Shown: positions 25,867-34,690, counted from the stretch's first letter. The stretch is DNA of 34,690 nt from Myxococcales bacterium (GCA_043747615.1 JAYTOU010000018.1:1-34690), one strand, 5' to 3'. Notes: generated by a model from the letters alone, not told the origin. Numbers and translations: made by a program.

Positions 25867-26316
25867 TCAGAAAATATCGAACGTCACCGATGCCGTCGAC
25901 GTTGCGCCCGACCGCCCCGTCGCCGTGAGCGTGACGGTGTGTGCCCCGCGCGTGGAAAACTGAACAATGAATGTTTCGGTCTGCCCGATCTTTCCCTCGA
26001 GGCTATCGACCCACACGAGCTTCGAGCCGATGATCGGATTGCAATCCACGTCGCGCCCCGTCCCGACGAACGCGACGTCCGTGCCCACCATGCGAGGTTC
26101 GGTGCTCGGATGGTTGATCTTTGCGTCTGGGCAGAGGCTGGCGCCGTCGGGACCAGCTCCGTCCGCGCGCGCATCACCCTTCGCGCTCGCGTCTCCCGCG
26201 TCGGTCCCGCCCTCTACGGCAGCGTCGGAGTCGACGAACGTATAGTCTTTTCCGAGACCGCTGCACGCCACGGTGGCTGCGGTGAAACCAGCCCAAATAA
26301 GAACCCTTATTTTCAT
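25867..26316 (-). CDS. Lipoprotein with PKD/Ig-like beta domain
   Basis: ATG 26316, preceded by TGcTACTCT 6 nt upstream (leaderless-like); lipobox TVAC; DAG spacer; W..S..G.IG...GAHTVTLTAT...G.TSTASV. Confidence 0.7.
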   Translation of the reverse strand: MKIRVLIWAGFTAATVACSGLGKDYTFVDSDAAVEGGTDAGDASAKGDARADGAGPDGASLCPDAKINHPSTEPRMVGTDVAFVGTGRDVDCNPIIGSKLVWVDSLEGKIGQTETFIVQFSTRGAHTVTLTATGRSGATSTASVTFDIF

Positions 26317-26393
26317 TCCAATAGAGTAGCAGAGCCGCTCGGCCCTTCTGCACCGGGCAACGCATGCATGGGTGCGCGCGCACGCACATTCGC

Positions 26394-29300
26394 TCACGCG
26401 GGGTCGATCCCACAGACAAGCTCGAGCGGCTGCCCCGTCGCGATCGAGCGTTTCAGCTGAGCGTAGCGCCAGTACGTGTAGACGACGGGGATCAGCTCAA
26501 GCGTCAGAAATGCGCTCGACAAGAGGCCGCCGACCATCGGCGCAGCGATCCGCTTCATCACGTCGGCGCCGCTCCCCGTCGCCCAGAGAAGCGGCACGAG
26601 CCCGATCAACATCGTGCCGACGGTCATCAGCTTGGGTCGAACGCGGAGCACCGTCCCTTCCGTGTGTGCGTGGATGATGTCGTTCAAGTCGCGTATTTTC
26701 CCGGCGCGGAGGCGGCGCAGAAATGCGTGATCGATATAAACGATCATGACCACCCCGGTTTGTGCGGCGAGCCCCACGAGCGCGATCAGTCCAACGAGCA
26801 CCGCGGTCGAAAGTCGGTAGTCGAGCAGGTAGAGGAGCCACACGCTCCCGACGAGCGCGAACGGGATCGATAGAAATACGATCAACACCTCGGTGAAGTG
26901 TTTGAACTGGAAATAGAGCAGGATCGCGACGGTCAGCAGCGCGAGCGGGATCAGGATCCACATGCGCGCCCACATGGCTTCGAGGAGCTCGTACTGGCCC
27001 GTCCACTTCATGTACATCCCTGGCGCGAGCACGACCTCGCCTCTGGCCTGAGCTTTCGCGAGATGGGCCTTAGCGTCCTTCACGTAGCCACCGAGGTCGT
27101 GTGACGGGTCGATGTCGACGTAAACGTAACCGACGAGAAGCCCGGCCTCGTCACGCAGCATCGGCGGCCCTTCGACGACGTTGATGTCCGCAAGCTCACC
27201 TAGCGGAATCGAGCTCGCCTCCTTCCCTGCCCCGCGAAGCGGCACCAAAACCTGGCGGAGCTTTCCGGGACTCGAGCGAAAATCTTCCTTGTAGCGGACG
27301 CTCACGGTGTAACGGCGGCGCCCTTCGACCGTGGTGGTTACGGGCTCGCCTCCGATGGCAATTTCGATGATCGCATTCAAGTCTTCAATCTGCAGGCCGT
27401 AGCGTGCGAGCGCTTCGCGTTTCGGAATGATGTCGACGTACGTCCCTCCGAGCGAGCGCTCGTAGAAAACGCTGCGGGTCCCCGGCACCGAGCGAAGAGC
27501 GCCTTCGAGCTGCTGGCCGGTCACCTCGATGGAGGCCAGATCCTGGCCGAAGATTTTGATCCCGACCGGCGTCCGCACGCCCGTCGTGAGCATGTCGACA
27601 CGGGTCTTGATGGGCATCGTCCAGCCGTTCGTCCAGCCTGGAAGCCGCAGGGATTCGTTCATCTTCGCCACGAGCTCGTTCCACGTCTCGGGTTGTTCCT
27701 CCGGCCAAAGCTTGCGCAGCGGCGTCTTCGTCCAACCTGGCCAACCGCTGTAGAAGCGCCGGTGATGGGCTTTCGGCCATCCCTCGGAGGGCTTGAGCTG
27801 AACGATCGTTTCGACCATCGACAAGGGCGCAGGATCGGTCGCTGACTCCGCACGTCCGATCTTTCCGAAGACGGTCTTCACCTCGGGGAACGACGCAAGG
27901 ATCTTGTCTTGCCGCTCGAGCTGCCGCTTTGCCTCCTCGATCGAGAGATTCGGGAGCGTCGTGGGCATGTAAAGAATGTCCCCTTCATTCAGCGGCGGCA
28001 TGAACTCGCTTCCGAGCTTCAGCAGCGGGGGAATTGCCGAGAGCAGCGCAAAGGCTCCTATAGCGAGCGTCGTCAGCGGCCTGCGCAGAGCGACATAAAC
28101 GAACGGCTGATACACCGCGATGATCGCGCGCGAGATGGGATGGTCCTTTTCCGAACGGATTTTCCCCGTCAGGAGCGTGTCGCGCAGCGCGGGTGCGAGG
28201 GTGATGCTCAGGATGGCGGCCGAGACCATGACGAAGGTCTTTGTGAAGGCGAGCGGCTTGAAGAGGCGACCACCCTGCCCGTTCAGTCCGAGAATCGGGA
28301 TGAACGAGATCGCAATGATGAGAAGTGAAAAAAAGATCGCCGGCGTCACTTCCGTCGCGGCTTGGTGGAGAAGTCTCGCCCGGTCTTTTTTCGAAATGTC
28401 CTTCGGCGCGTTCTCGAGCTTCTTGTGGCACGCCTCGATCATCACGATCTCGGCGTCCACGGTGGCGCCGATGGCGATCGCGATCCCGCCGAGGCTCATG
28501 ATCGTCGCTGGGATGTTCAAGAGGTACATCGGGATGAACGATATGATCACCGCGATCGGAAGGCTGATGATCGGGAGGAGCGCGCTCCGGAAATGAAGAA
28601 GGAAGAGAATTATCACCAGGCCAACCGTGATCGCCTCTTCGATGAGCGAGCCCTTCAGCGTGGCAATCGCGCGATGAATGAGCGACGCGCGGTTGTACGT
28701 CTCGACGATCTCTACGCCGGGTGGGAGTGCACTCTTCAGCTCTTCCAGCCGAGTCTTCACGCGGTCGATCACGTCGAGCGCATTCTCGCCGTAGCGTGCC
28801 ATCACGATCGCGCCGACCGTCTCTCCTTCGCCATTGAGCTCGGCGAGGCCGCGGCGAATGTCTCCGCCGAAGCGGACGGTCCCTACGTCGCCCACTCGGA
28901 TCGGTGTTCCGTCGGGCCCCGCGCGAATCGCCACTTGGGCGAGCTCGGCCAAGTTTTGAAGGTAGCCGCGGCCGCGTATGAAATACTCTCGTCCGCTGAG
29001 CTCGAGCAGGCGCGCGCCGACCTCGCCGTTCGAGCGTCGAATCGCGTCTGCGATCTCGGTAATCTGAAGCCCGTAGGCCCGCAGCTTCTCCGGATCGAGC
29101 GTGACTTGGTATTGACGCTCGTACCCGCCGACGCTCGCGACTTGAGCGACTCCGGGCACGCTCTCGAGGCCGTAACGGAGCGTGAAATCCTGGATCGTCC
29201 GAAGGTCCCCGAGGTCATGCTTGCCGCTCTTGTCGACGAGCGCGTACTCGTATACCCATCCGATGCCGGTCGCGTCGGGGCCGAGGACAGGCGCGACGTC

Positions 29301-29669
29301 CGCGGGCAGCTTGGCTTTGATGCCGCTCAAATATTCGAGCACGCGCGAGCGCGCCCAGTACACGTCGGTGCCTTCGTCGAAAAGGACGTAAATGAAAGAC
29401 ATCCCGAACATCGAATAGCCGCGTACCGCGCTGACCTTCGGCGCGGCGAGGAGCGAGCTCGCGATGGGATAGGTAATCTGATCTTCGACGAGGGTCGGCG
29501 AGCGCCCCTTCCACTCGGTGAAAATGATCACCTGCGGATCGGAGAGATCGGGAATGGCGTCGAGCTGCACGTTCCTCGCCGCGAGCACGCCGAGTACGAC
29601 GAGCACCGCGTAAACGAAGAACACGAACCAGCGATACTTCGCCGAGAGATCAATTATGCGGGCAATCAT
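26394..29669 (-). CDS. cusA: CusA-type Cu(I)/Ag(I) RND efflux permease
   Basis: Start ATG 29669 (MIARIID); LDAIPDLSDPQVII; GPDATGIGWVYEY; IMSLGGIAIAIGATVDA; Met-triad contexts LYMPTT, PAPLSMVET and RVDML. Confidence 0.95.
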   Translation of the reverse strand: MIARIIDLSAKYRWFVFFVYAVLVVLGVLAARNVQLDAIPDLSDPQVIIFTEWKGRSPTLVEDQITYPIASSLLAAPKVSAVRGYSMFGMSFIYVLFDEGTDVYWARSRVLEYLSGIKAKLPADVAPVLGPDATGIGWVYEYALVDKSGKHDLGDLRTIQDFTLRYGLESVPGVAQVASVGGYERQYQVTLDPEKLRAYGLQITEIADAIRRSNGEVGARLLELSGREYFIRGRGYLQNLAELAQVAIRAGPDGTPIRVGDVGTVRFGGDIRRGLAELNGEGETVGAIVMARYGENALDVIDRVKTRLEELKSALPPGVEIVETYNRASLIHRAIATLKGSLIEEAITVGLVIILFLLHFRSALLPIISLPIAVIISFIPMYLLNIPATIMSLGGIAIAIGATVDAEIVMIEACHKKLENAPKDISKKDRARLLHQAATEVTPAIFFSLLIIAISFIPILGLNGQGGRLFKPLAFTKTFVMVSAAILSITLAPALRDTLLTGKIRSEKDHPISRAIIAVYQPFVYVALRRPLTTLAIGAFALLSAIPPLLKLGSEFMPPLNEGDILYMPTTLPNLSIEEAKRQLERQDKILASFPEVKTVFGKIGRAESATDPAPLSMVETIVQLKPSEGWPKAHHRRFYSGWPGWTKTPLRKLWPEEQPETWNELVAKMNESLRLPGWTNGWTMPIKTRVDMLTTGVRTPVGIKIFGQDLASIEVTGQQLEGALRSVPGTRSVFYERSLGGTYVDIIPKREALARYGLQIEDLNAIIEIAIGGEPVTTTVEGRRRYTVSVRYKEDFRSSPGKLRQVLVPLRGAGKEASSIPLGELADINVVEGPPMLRDEAGLLVGYVYVDIDPSHDLGGYVKDAKAHLAKAQARGEVVLAPGMYMKWTGQYELLEAMWARMWILIPLALLTVAILLYFQFKHFTEVLIVFLSIPFALVGSVWLLYLLDYRLSTAVLVGLIALVGLAAQTGVVMIVYIDHAFLRRLRAGKIRDLNDIIHAHTEGTVLRVRPKLMTVGTMLIGLVPLLWATGSGADVMKRIAAPMVGGLLSSAFLTLELIPVVYTYWRYAQLKRSIATGQPLELVCGIDPA

Positions 29670-29679
29670 CGCGTCACTT

Positions 29680-31062
29680 TCACGGCTTCGGGAGCTGCGT
29701 AACCGAAGCCTGAAGGCGACTCTCGGAGTCGATGAGGAACGCTGCGCCGGAGACCACCCGGTCACCCGACGAGATCCCGGCGCGTATCGCGACCTGATTT
29801 CCGTCTTCTTCGCCGAGAACGACGGACCGCGGAGAGAACCGCCCGTCTGAGTCCACCACGAAGACGTACGTGTACATCCCGGTGTCGATGACGGAGTCGA
29901 GGGGTACCATGAGCGCTTTTCGAGGCGCGGCCGCGAACGCTACAGTGCCGTATTCGCCGGGCTGGAGAGAACGCTTTTCGTTTGGGAGCTGCATGCGAAC
30001 GCGGGTGGTGCGCGCTTGAGCATTGAGCGTCGGATAGATCAGATCGACCTTTCCGCGGGCGAGGTCACCACGTGGGGACGTGAAGGTTCCTTCGATGCCG
30101 ACGCGGAGCGAGCCGAGATCACGCTCGAAGACGTCGGCGACGACGTAGACGTGCGAGAGATCTTGGATCTCGTATAGCGCCATCTCGGGGGTGACGTACG
30201 ATCCGGCAACGACATTCTTCTTGGCTACGAACCCGCTTTGCCGCGCGTAGATGGGTATCGCGCGAAGAGCTTCGTTTTTCTCGAGGACGCGGTCGATGTC
30301 TTTGTCGGCCATTCCAAGGAGCTCGAGCTTGCGGCGCGCCGCCTGGAGCGAGCGCACGCCAGCGTCGTCCCTGGTCCATTGCTTCGTCGACAGAAGCTCG
30401 CTCTCTGCCTGGTAGATTTCGGGACTGTAGAGCGCGAGGAGTGCTTTCTCGCGCGCGACGGAGATTCCCGTTTGGTCGACGAAGATCCGTTCCACGAAGC
30501 CGGCGCTCCGGACGTGAACCTCTGCGATGCCTTGTTCGGTCGGCGTCACGACGGCGGTGGCTCGCACGACGGAGCTCACCGTTTGTTCTGCGGCAAGCGC
30601 GGTTCGCACGCCGATCGCTTGAACTCGATCGAGCGATAGCTTGATCGACGTCGTGCCGGGCGGGACGCTCCCGGGAGGCAGCGATGACGAGGAGGAATCA
30701 TGCGCGGCCGCCGGGCTGCCCGCGTCGTGCATCATCTCGGCGCCCACCGTCTTCTGGCGATCAGCTGGCATCGGCTCGAGCGTCATGTGACAGATCGGGC
30801 ACTCGCCTGGCTCGTCCGAGACGATCTGCGGATGCATGGGACAGAAATATTTCGCCTTCGCTTCGGTCGTTTCTCCGCCACCCGCTGCGTGATGCGTGCC
30901 CGCCGCGTACGACCACCACACCACTGCGGCCACGAGAATGGTGATGGCGAGAATGGCCCAACGAACCGCCGCCATGAAGCGGACACCCTTCGGAGGCGCC
31001 TCCTCGCCTTCGGGCATTTCGTCGTGCGGCGACGGCGTCTCGACCGTTTCGTTATCGGGCAT
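29680..31062 (-). CDS. cusB: CusB-type periplasmic adaptor with heavy-metal-binding domain
   Basis: TM anchor; YFCPMHPQIVSDEPGECPICHMTL (HMBD); LYSPEI..A..E; IYPTLNAQARTTRVR; FLIDSESRL. Confidence 0.9.
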   Translation of the reverse strand: MPDNETVETPSPHDEMPEGEEAPPKGVRFMAAVRWAILAITILVAAVVWWSYAAGTHHAAGGGETTEAKAKYFCPMHPQIVSDEPGECPICHMTLEPMPADRQKTVGAEMMHDAGSPAAAHDSSSSSLPPGSVPPGTTSIKLSLDRVQAIGVRTALAAEQTVSSVVRATAVVTPTEQGIAEVHVRSAGFVERIFVDQTGISVAREKALLALYSPEIYQAESELLSTKQWTRDDAGVRSLQAARRKLELLGMADKDIDRVLEKNEALRAIPIYARQSGFVAKKNVVAGSYVTPEMALYEIQDLSHVYVVADVFERDLGSLRVGIEGTFTSPRGDLARGKVDLIYPTLNAQARTTRVRMQLPNEKRSLQPGEYGTVAFAAAPRKALMVPLDSVIDTGMYTYVFVVDSDGRFSPRSVVLGEEDGNQVAIRAGISSGDRVVSGAAFLIDSESRLQASVTQLPKP

Positions 31063-32398
31063 GGTCGTCTCCGTGAGGCGCCACGTACGGGCCTATCGGC
31101 GCGAGCGGCACGCTCAATCCGACGGCGCCGTCGAGGTCTGCGAGGGCATGGTCCAATGAGGCGCGGGCCATCACGATGTCGTGCTCGACGTCGACCACGG
31201 CGCGGCTCGCAGCGAGGATGGTGAGCTGGTCGGTGCGCCCGCTTTCGTATCCGTCGCGAGCGACGTCGAGCGCGCGCTTGCTCGCGGGCAGCACGCGATC
31301 ACGCATGACTTGGAGGCGGTAACCGGCGCTCTGAGCGTTCGACTCGGCCGTGACGACCTCTGCGTCGATTGGGATGTGGGCCGCGCCCGCGTTCGTGCTC
31401 GCCGCTACCGCGTAGGCGTCTTCCGCGGCGCTCTTACGGTCGGCCGCGCCCCACAACCAAGGCAAAGTCACCGCGGCATCGAATCCGTATCCGTGTTGGG
31501 GCGTGGCGTCGGTGGGAGCGAAATAGAAGGCACCCACCTTGAACGAGGGCCACGTTGCCTCACGATCGGCCGCACGCGCGTCCAGGCGTCGTGCTTCCCG
31601 CTCGGCAATTGCCGCGCGGAGCTCCGGGCGTGTCTCTCGGGCTTTCGCGACGAGCGTTTGCGTGTTCCACGAAGGGAGCTCGGGCTCTCCCTCGACGGGG
31701 GGTCCGAGCTCGGCGTTCGGGCCTCGCGCGAGGAGCGCGTTGAGGCGTGCGCGCCCACTGCGAACGAGCGTCGCGTCCGTGATCACGTCGGCTTCGACCC
31801 GCGCCATCTCCACCTCGGCCTGAGTGACATCGGTCAGCGGACCTCCGGCGCCGTGACGGGCTTGGGCAATCTCGAGCACGTGGCGGGCGACTTCGAGATG
31901 GTTTCGATGGAGACGGTGCTTGCCCGTTGCCTCGACGTAGTCTGCAAAAGCGTGCTCGGCGTCGCGCACAATCTGTCGCGTGCGATCGCCTGCCATCGCC
32001 GCTTCCGCGCGAGCGCTTTGTCCCCGCGCCGCCTCCCGCGCGCCGAGCGACCCCGGAGCCGGAAACGACTGGTGGACACCGACCATGATCATTTGAGAGT
32101 TGAGCGCGTAGGGCTTGGAGAATGGGACCTGCCAGACTTGCCCCATCACCTCCGGAGGCGGCAGGCGCCCTTCGGTCTGCGCCGAGAGCGCAACGGCGTG
32201 CGCCTTTTGCTCTGCCGCTTTCACCGACCCATTTCGGGCGACAGCGGCCTGCACGATCGCGGCGCGACGTACGGGGCCGGCGAGATCTGCATCCGCTGGT
32301 CCGGAGCTCTCTGCGCGCACGGTTGCACTCGTCGCAGAGAAGGCCGTGGCGACGATGACGACTCGCGCGGCGCGAGCTGTAAGTTGAAAATGGAGCAT
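31052..32398 (-). CDS. TolC-family outer membrane factor of the cus-type operon
   Basis: ATG 32398 with SD AGGAG; signal peptide; OEP repeats (RLPPPEVM, QSFPAPGSL, RPELRA, VTLPWLW); overlaps the cusB start. Confidence 0.88.
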   Translation of the reverse strand: MLHFQLTARAARVVIVATAFSATSATVRAESSGPADADLAGPVRRAAIVQAAVARNGSVKAAEQKAHAVALSAQTEGRLPPPEVMGQVWQVPFSKPYALNSQMIMVGVHQSFPAPGSLGAREAARGQSARAEAAMAGDRTRQIVRDAEHAFADYVEATGKHRLHRNHLEVARHVLEIAQARHGAGGPLTDVTQAEVEMARVEADVITDATLVRSGRARLNALLARGPNAELGPPVEGEPELPSWNTQTLVAKARETRPELRAAIAEREARRLDARAADREATWPSFKVGAFYFAPTDATPQHGYGFDAAVTLPWLWGAADRKSAAEDAYAVAASTNAGAAHIPIDAEVVTAESNAQSAGYRLQVMRDRVLPASKRALDVARDGYESGRTDQLTILAASRAVVDVEHDIVMARASLDHALADLDGAVGLSVPLAPIGPYVAPHGDDHAR

Positions 32399-32403
32399 GA
32401 CTC

Positions 32404-32422
32404 TCCTCGCCGAAGCGAAGGA
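32404..32422 (-). promoter_or_regulatory. SD-occluding hairpin with cUUCGg tetraloop in front of the cus-type operon
   Basis: mRNA UCCUUCGC-UUCG-GCGAGGA; the 3' arm contains the GAGGA of the SD for ATG 32398. Confidence 0.55.
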
Positions 32423-32544
32423 TGCGCGAGCGCATCGAGATCCGGACATGCACACGACCGCGCGCAGCGTGCGCAGGGACAAGGCGCCGTCCGTCCTTCG
32501 AGGGATCAAGCGGCAAAGTGTTGCCGCGATCTCCCCGTCGGATC

Positions 32545-32967
32545 TCAGATCAAGAACACCATGAGCTCGGCGCGCGCTGCAGAGGCTGGGCTGCCCCGGG
32601 TTCGACACGACCGCCACTCGCGCCGTGGTGGAAAAAACGAGACCGTGTGCGCGATATCGATGGGCGGAAGGATTGCCACGAGCGGTGCGACCAAGACTTC
32701 CGCGGGCGTCGCCGTGGCTCCAGCAGGAAGCAGCTCGTTCGCCTTCGACTCGCAGCAGTCCGCTCCGTGAAGCTCGGGTACGTCGCCTGGACGTTGCGCG
32801 TGGTCGCAGCAAGAAGCGGAGAGGACGACGTTCATCAGCGGGCAGTAGAAATAGCGGCTACCTGCCTGCGCGATCCCGGTGAGGAGCACGACGACCGCCA
32901 CGACGTGGAGCGCTCTGAACGCCAGCGCGTGCAGGCTTCTAAGCATCCAGCGGCGTTTCGCGAGCAT
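32545..32967 (-). CDS. Cys-rich exported leader protein ahead of the cus-type operon
   Basis: Basic + hydrophobic signal (..GIAQA); YCPLM, SCCDH and DCCE; Pro/Ala linker; C-terminal RTRGSPASAARAELMVFLI. Confidence 0.75.
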   Translation of the reverse strand: MLAKRRWMLRSLHALAFRALHVVAVVVLLTGIAQAGSRYFYCPLMNVVLSASCCDHAQRPGDVPELHGADCCESKANELLPAGATATPAEVLVAPLVAILPPIDIAHTVSFFPPRREWRSCRTRGSPASAARAELMVFLI

Positions 32968-32976
32968 CCCGGAGTC

Positions 32977-33005
32977 AAGGTACGACCGGGCTCCCTAGCA
33001 AGCAA
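32977..33005 (-). promoter_or_regulatory. Putative sigma70 promoter of the leader-cusCBA transcript
   Basis: TTGCTT-17 nt-TACCTT, ending 9 nt before ATG 32967. Confidence 0.55.
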
Positions 33006-33053
33006 CCTGAGGCGCGGTCGACGCCATCTTAAATCGACGCGCCGGTGTCGTCT

Positions 33054-33164
33054 CGTTTGCTCGAGGAGCTCCGGGCCCGTGGTGTCCTCGTGCGCGCGGG
33101 CGTTCACCGCACTGCAGAATTGATCGGTGAGGAACCATCCTTCTTCGTGAGCGAGCCGCCGTCG
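33054..33164 (-). pseudogene. Internal relic of a cysteine synthase gene
   Basis: RRRLAHEEGWFLTDQFCSAVNARAHEDTTGPELLEQT matches the CysK/CBS motif 'QF.NP.N..AH..TTGPEI..Q'. There is no recognisable start or end. Confidence 0.7.
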
Positions 33165-33165
33165 G

Positions 33166-33471
33166 CTAGGGCTTCTTCGCGTGCTCGTCGAAGGCTTGAG
33201 AGGCTTTCTCGAAGGCGTGCTTCATTTCGTCCCAGCTTTTGTGTACGCCTTCGCGGAGGCTCTCCCAAGCATCGCCCGACGACGCCGCGAGCTCCGTGAG
33301 GCGCTCCTTGGCGTGCGCGAGCTTGCTCGAAGCTTCGTCGAGTTGCGGCTTTATCTGCGCGACTGCGCTCTTTTCGGCCTTTTCTGCACGCTGTTTGAGT
33401 GCGTCGACTTTAGCGCCGAAATCCCCGAGCTCCACCTTCAACCGGCTCTGCAATGTCTCACGAGTTTCCAT
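33166..33471 (-). CDS. Small coiled-coil protein (sll1863-like stress protein)
   Basis: METRETLQSRLKVEL...AKVDALKQRAEK...LTELAASSGDAWESLREGVHKSWDEMKHAFEKA; perfect TATAAT at 33517-33512 upstream. Confidence 0.8.
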   Translation of the reverse strand: METRETLQSRLKVELGDFGAKVDALKQRAEKAEKSAVAQIKPQLDEASSKLAHAKERLTELAASSGDAWESLREGVHKSWDEMKHAFEKASQAFDEHAKKP

Positions 33472-33516
33472 AGTGACTGAGTCGATGCCGAAGGACATGG
33501 GCGCGTTGTGAATTAT

Positions 33517-33579
33517 AGAGGCGTAGCCGGTCGTCTTGATCGTCTCGAGGCCGTGTTTGTCGGCCAACGCGTCGAAGTC
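33517..33579 (-). pseudogene. 63-bp relic of a class III adenylate/guanylate cyclase
   Basis: DFDALADKHGLETIKTTGYAS versus the family motif FD.LA.KHGLEKIKTIGDAY; each of the four differences is a single-base change. Confidence 0.7.
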
Positions 33580-33642
33580 GCAGACCCATTTCGCCGAAAG
33601 CGAGCCGGACGCGCGGGTAGTGTAGGCTGGAGCGACGAATCG

Positions 33643-34690
33643 ATGGTGGCTCGGAGCGAGGGTGCAGTCGCGCTGATTCAAACGATGCTCGCCTTACGCG
33701 CGGAGCAGCGCACCGGCGTTCTCGACGTGCGGGCAGAAGGCGCTCGGACGCTCATCCATTTTCGGGGAGGAAGGATCGTCTCCGCCGAGGACGACGAGCC
33801 GCCGTCGCTTCCCAGCGCTCTCTTGGAGCGCGCGCGGTCAGCCATCGTGCGAACGCTCACGCGAGACGCGTCGTCGTCTGAGTTCGATGATTTGCCGGAG
33901 CGCCCCCAACCGCCCGCACCGCTCGTCATCGACCTCGAATCGATTGTCTTCGAGGTGATGCGCGCGCTCCCTCGAGAACGAGCCTCGGACGTGGTGCTTG
34001 CCGGGAAAGACGCGCAGCGCGTCGTTCTGTCGGGGGATCCGAAAGTGCTCGCGTCGCGCTTCGGCATGACCGCATACGAGCTCGCGTTTCTGGAGAAGAT
34101 CGACGGCTCGAAGACCGTTCACGACCTCGTCGGCGGCGCGGCATACGAGGGCGATGTTTCGGGCGTCCTGGCAGCGCTCGTTCTCCTCGAGAGCGTGGTG
34201 ATTGCTCCTTCGGTCAAGGTGGCCCAGGGAAAAAGCGAGGCGGATCAAGCGTTGCTCGACGGGCAGATCGCGCTTTCGGCAGGCAACGATGAAACCGCCA
34301 AGAAGTGCTTTTACGAAGTGCTGCGGCTCGATCCTGGTTCGCAGGCCGCGACGGATGCGACGCACCAGGTTCGTCTGCTCGCGCGACGAGGAACGACTCC
34401 GCCGCCTACCAAGACCGTTGCAGCTGTCGCACCCGCCATTCGCGTCGTCGAGGTAGCTCACGCCGTCGCACCCGCTATTCGCGTTGTCGAGGTAGCTCAC
34501 GCCGTCGCACCCGCCGCAGCCGCCTCCCCCGTCGAGGCTGTCGAAGCCTTCTCCGAACGAGAGAGGAAGACGGCCCCGGGACGCCGCGCCGAAGGGCTGC
34601 GCAGCGCGCAAAAGACGCCCTCCCCGATGAAGCTTCCGAAATCGAGGTCACCGCGCGCCGAGACGACGCTTCGACCGCAGGGCCCCGGGG
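33643..34690 (+). CDS. DUF4388 (PatA-N-like) domain protein with TPR-like segment; runs off the window end and is absent from the ORF track
   Basis: Open from ATG 33643 to the window end: L.ALRAEQRTGVLDVRAEGARTLIHFRGGRIVSAE, FLEKIDGSKTVHDL, AKKCFYEVLRLDPGS. Confidence 0.8.
   Translation, partial: MVARSEGAVALIQTMLALRAEQRTGVLDVRAEGARTLIHFRGGRIVSAEDDEPPSLPSALLERARSAIVRTLTRDASSSEFDDLPERPQPPAPLVIDLESIVFEVMRALPRERASDVVLAGKDAQRVVLSGDPKVLASRFGMTAYELAFLEKIDGSKTVHDLVGGAAYEGDVSGVLAALVLLESVVIAPSVKVAQGKSEADQALLDGQIALSAGNDETAKKCFYEVLRLDPGSQAATDATHQVRLLARRGTTPPPTKTVAAVAPAIRVVEVAHAVAPAIRVVEVAHAVAPAAAASPVEAVEAFSERERKTAPGRRAEGLRSAQKTPSPMKLPKSRSPRAETTLRPQGPG
34426..34515 (+). repeat. In-frame 39-bp tandem repeat (2.3 copies)
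   Basis: GTCGCACCCGC(C/T)ATTCGCGT(C/T)GTCGAGGTAGCTCACGCC at 34426 and 34465, partial copy at 34504; encodes VAPAIRVVEVAHA. Confidence 0.95.

Noticed and set aside
31181..32770. 529-aa plus-strand ORF and other long antisense ORFs (2669-3712, 10073-10975 alternate frame, 21015-22058, 28362-29702)
   Set aside because: Shadow frames of well-supported genes in GC-rich DNA; no recognisable motifs.
33166..33681. 171-aa ORF as a cyclase-coiled-coil fusion protein
   Set aside because: The cyclase piece is only about 21 codons with the catalytic Asp altered, the TTG start overlaps the divergent gene, and a -10 box lies inside; real start taken at 33471.
34426..34515. Direct repeats as a possible CRISPR array
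   Set aside because: Head-to-tail 39-bp units with no spacers, in frame within a CDS; no cas genes.
1..34690. tRNA, rRNA, integrase/att site or intact IS delimiting the island
   Set aside because: None recognisable by eye; the boundaries are inferred only from gene relics.

Overview
GC-rich window, most likely from a myxobacterium (Polyangiaceae/Labilithrix-like, judged from the 'DAG'-spacer lipoproteins, the ferritin-like lipoprotein, the FGE relic and the DUF4388 gene). Almost all of it is a heavy-metal homeostasis island. From left to right it holds: (i) an ArsR/SmtB-controlled czcCBA-type divalent-metal RND operon, preceded by a Cys-rich leader ORF and followed by a czcD relic; (ii) a ferritin-like lipoprotein divergent from a di-heme oxidoreductase + imelysin pair; (iii) a sigma54 response regulator and a 5'-truncated HAMP sensor kinase; (iv) a translationally coupled His-rich lipoprotein / SbnA-CysK-like PLP enzyme / MATE exporter operon, a candidate metal-chelator synthesis and export unit; (v) a USP and several small Met/His/Cys-rich exported proteins behind sigma54-type promoters; (vi) a TolC + Tat multicopper oxidase unit; (vii) a cusCBA-type Cu/Ag RND operon preceded by a second Cys-rich leader ORF and an SD-occluding cUUCGg hairpin. 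Both island edges carry short, deletion-riddled gene relics (IS transposase, FGE-sulfatase, hybrid kinase, czcD, cysteine synthase, adenylate cyclase). Family assignments come from motif recognition by eye, not from database searches.
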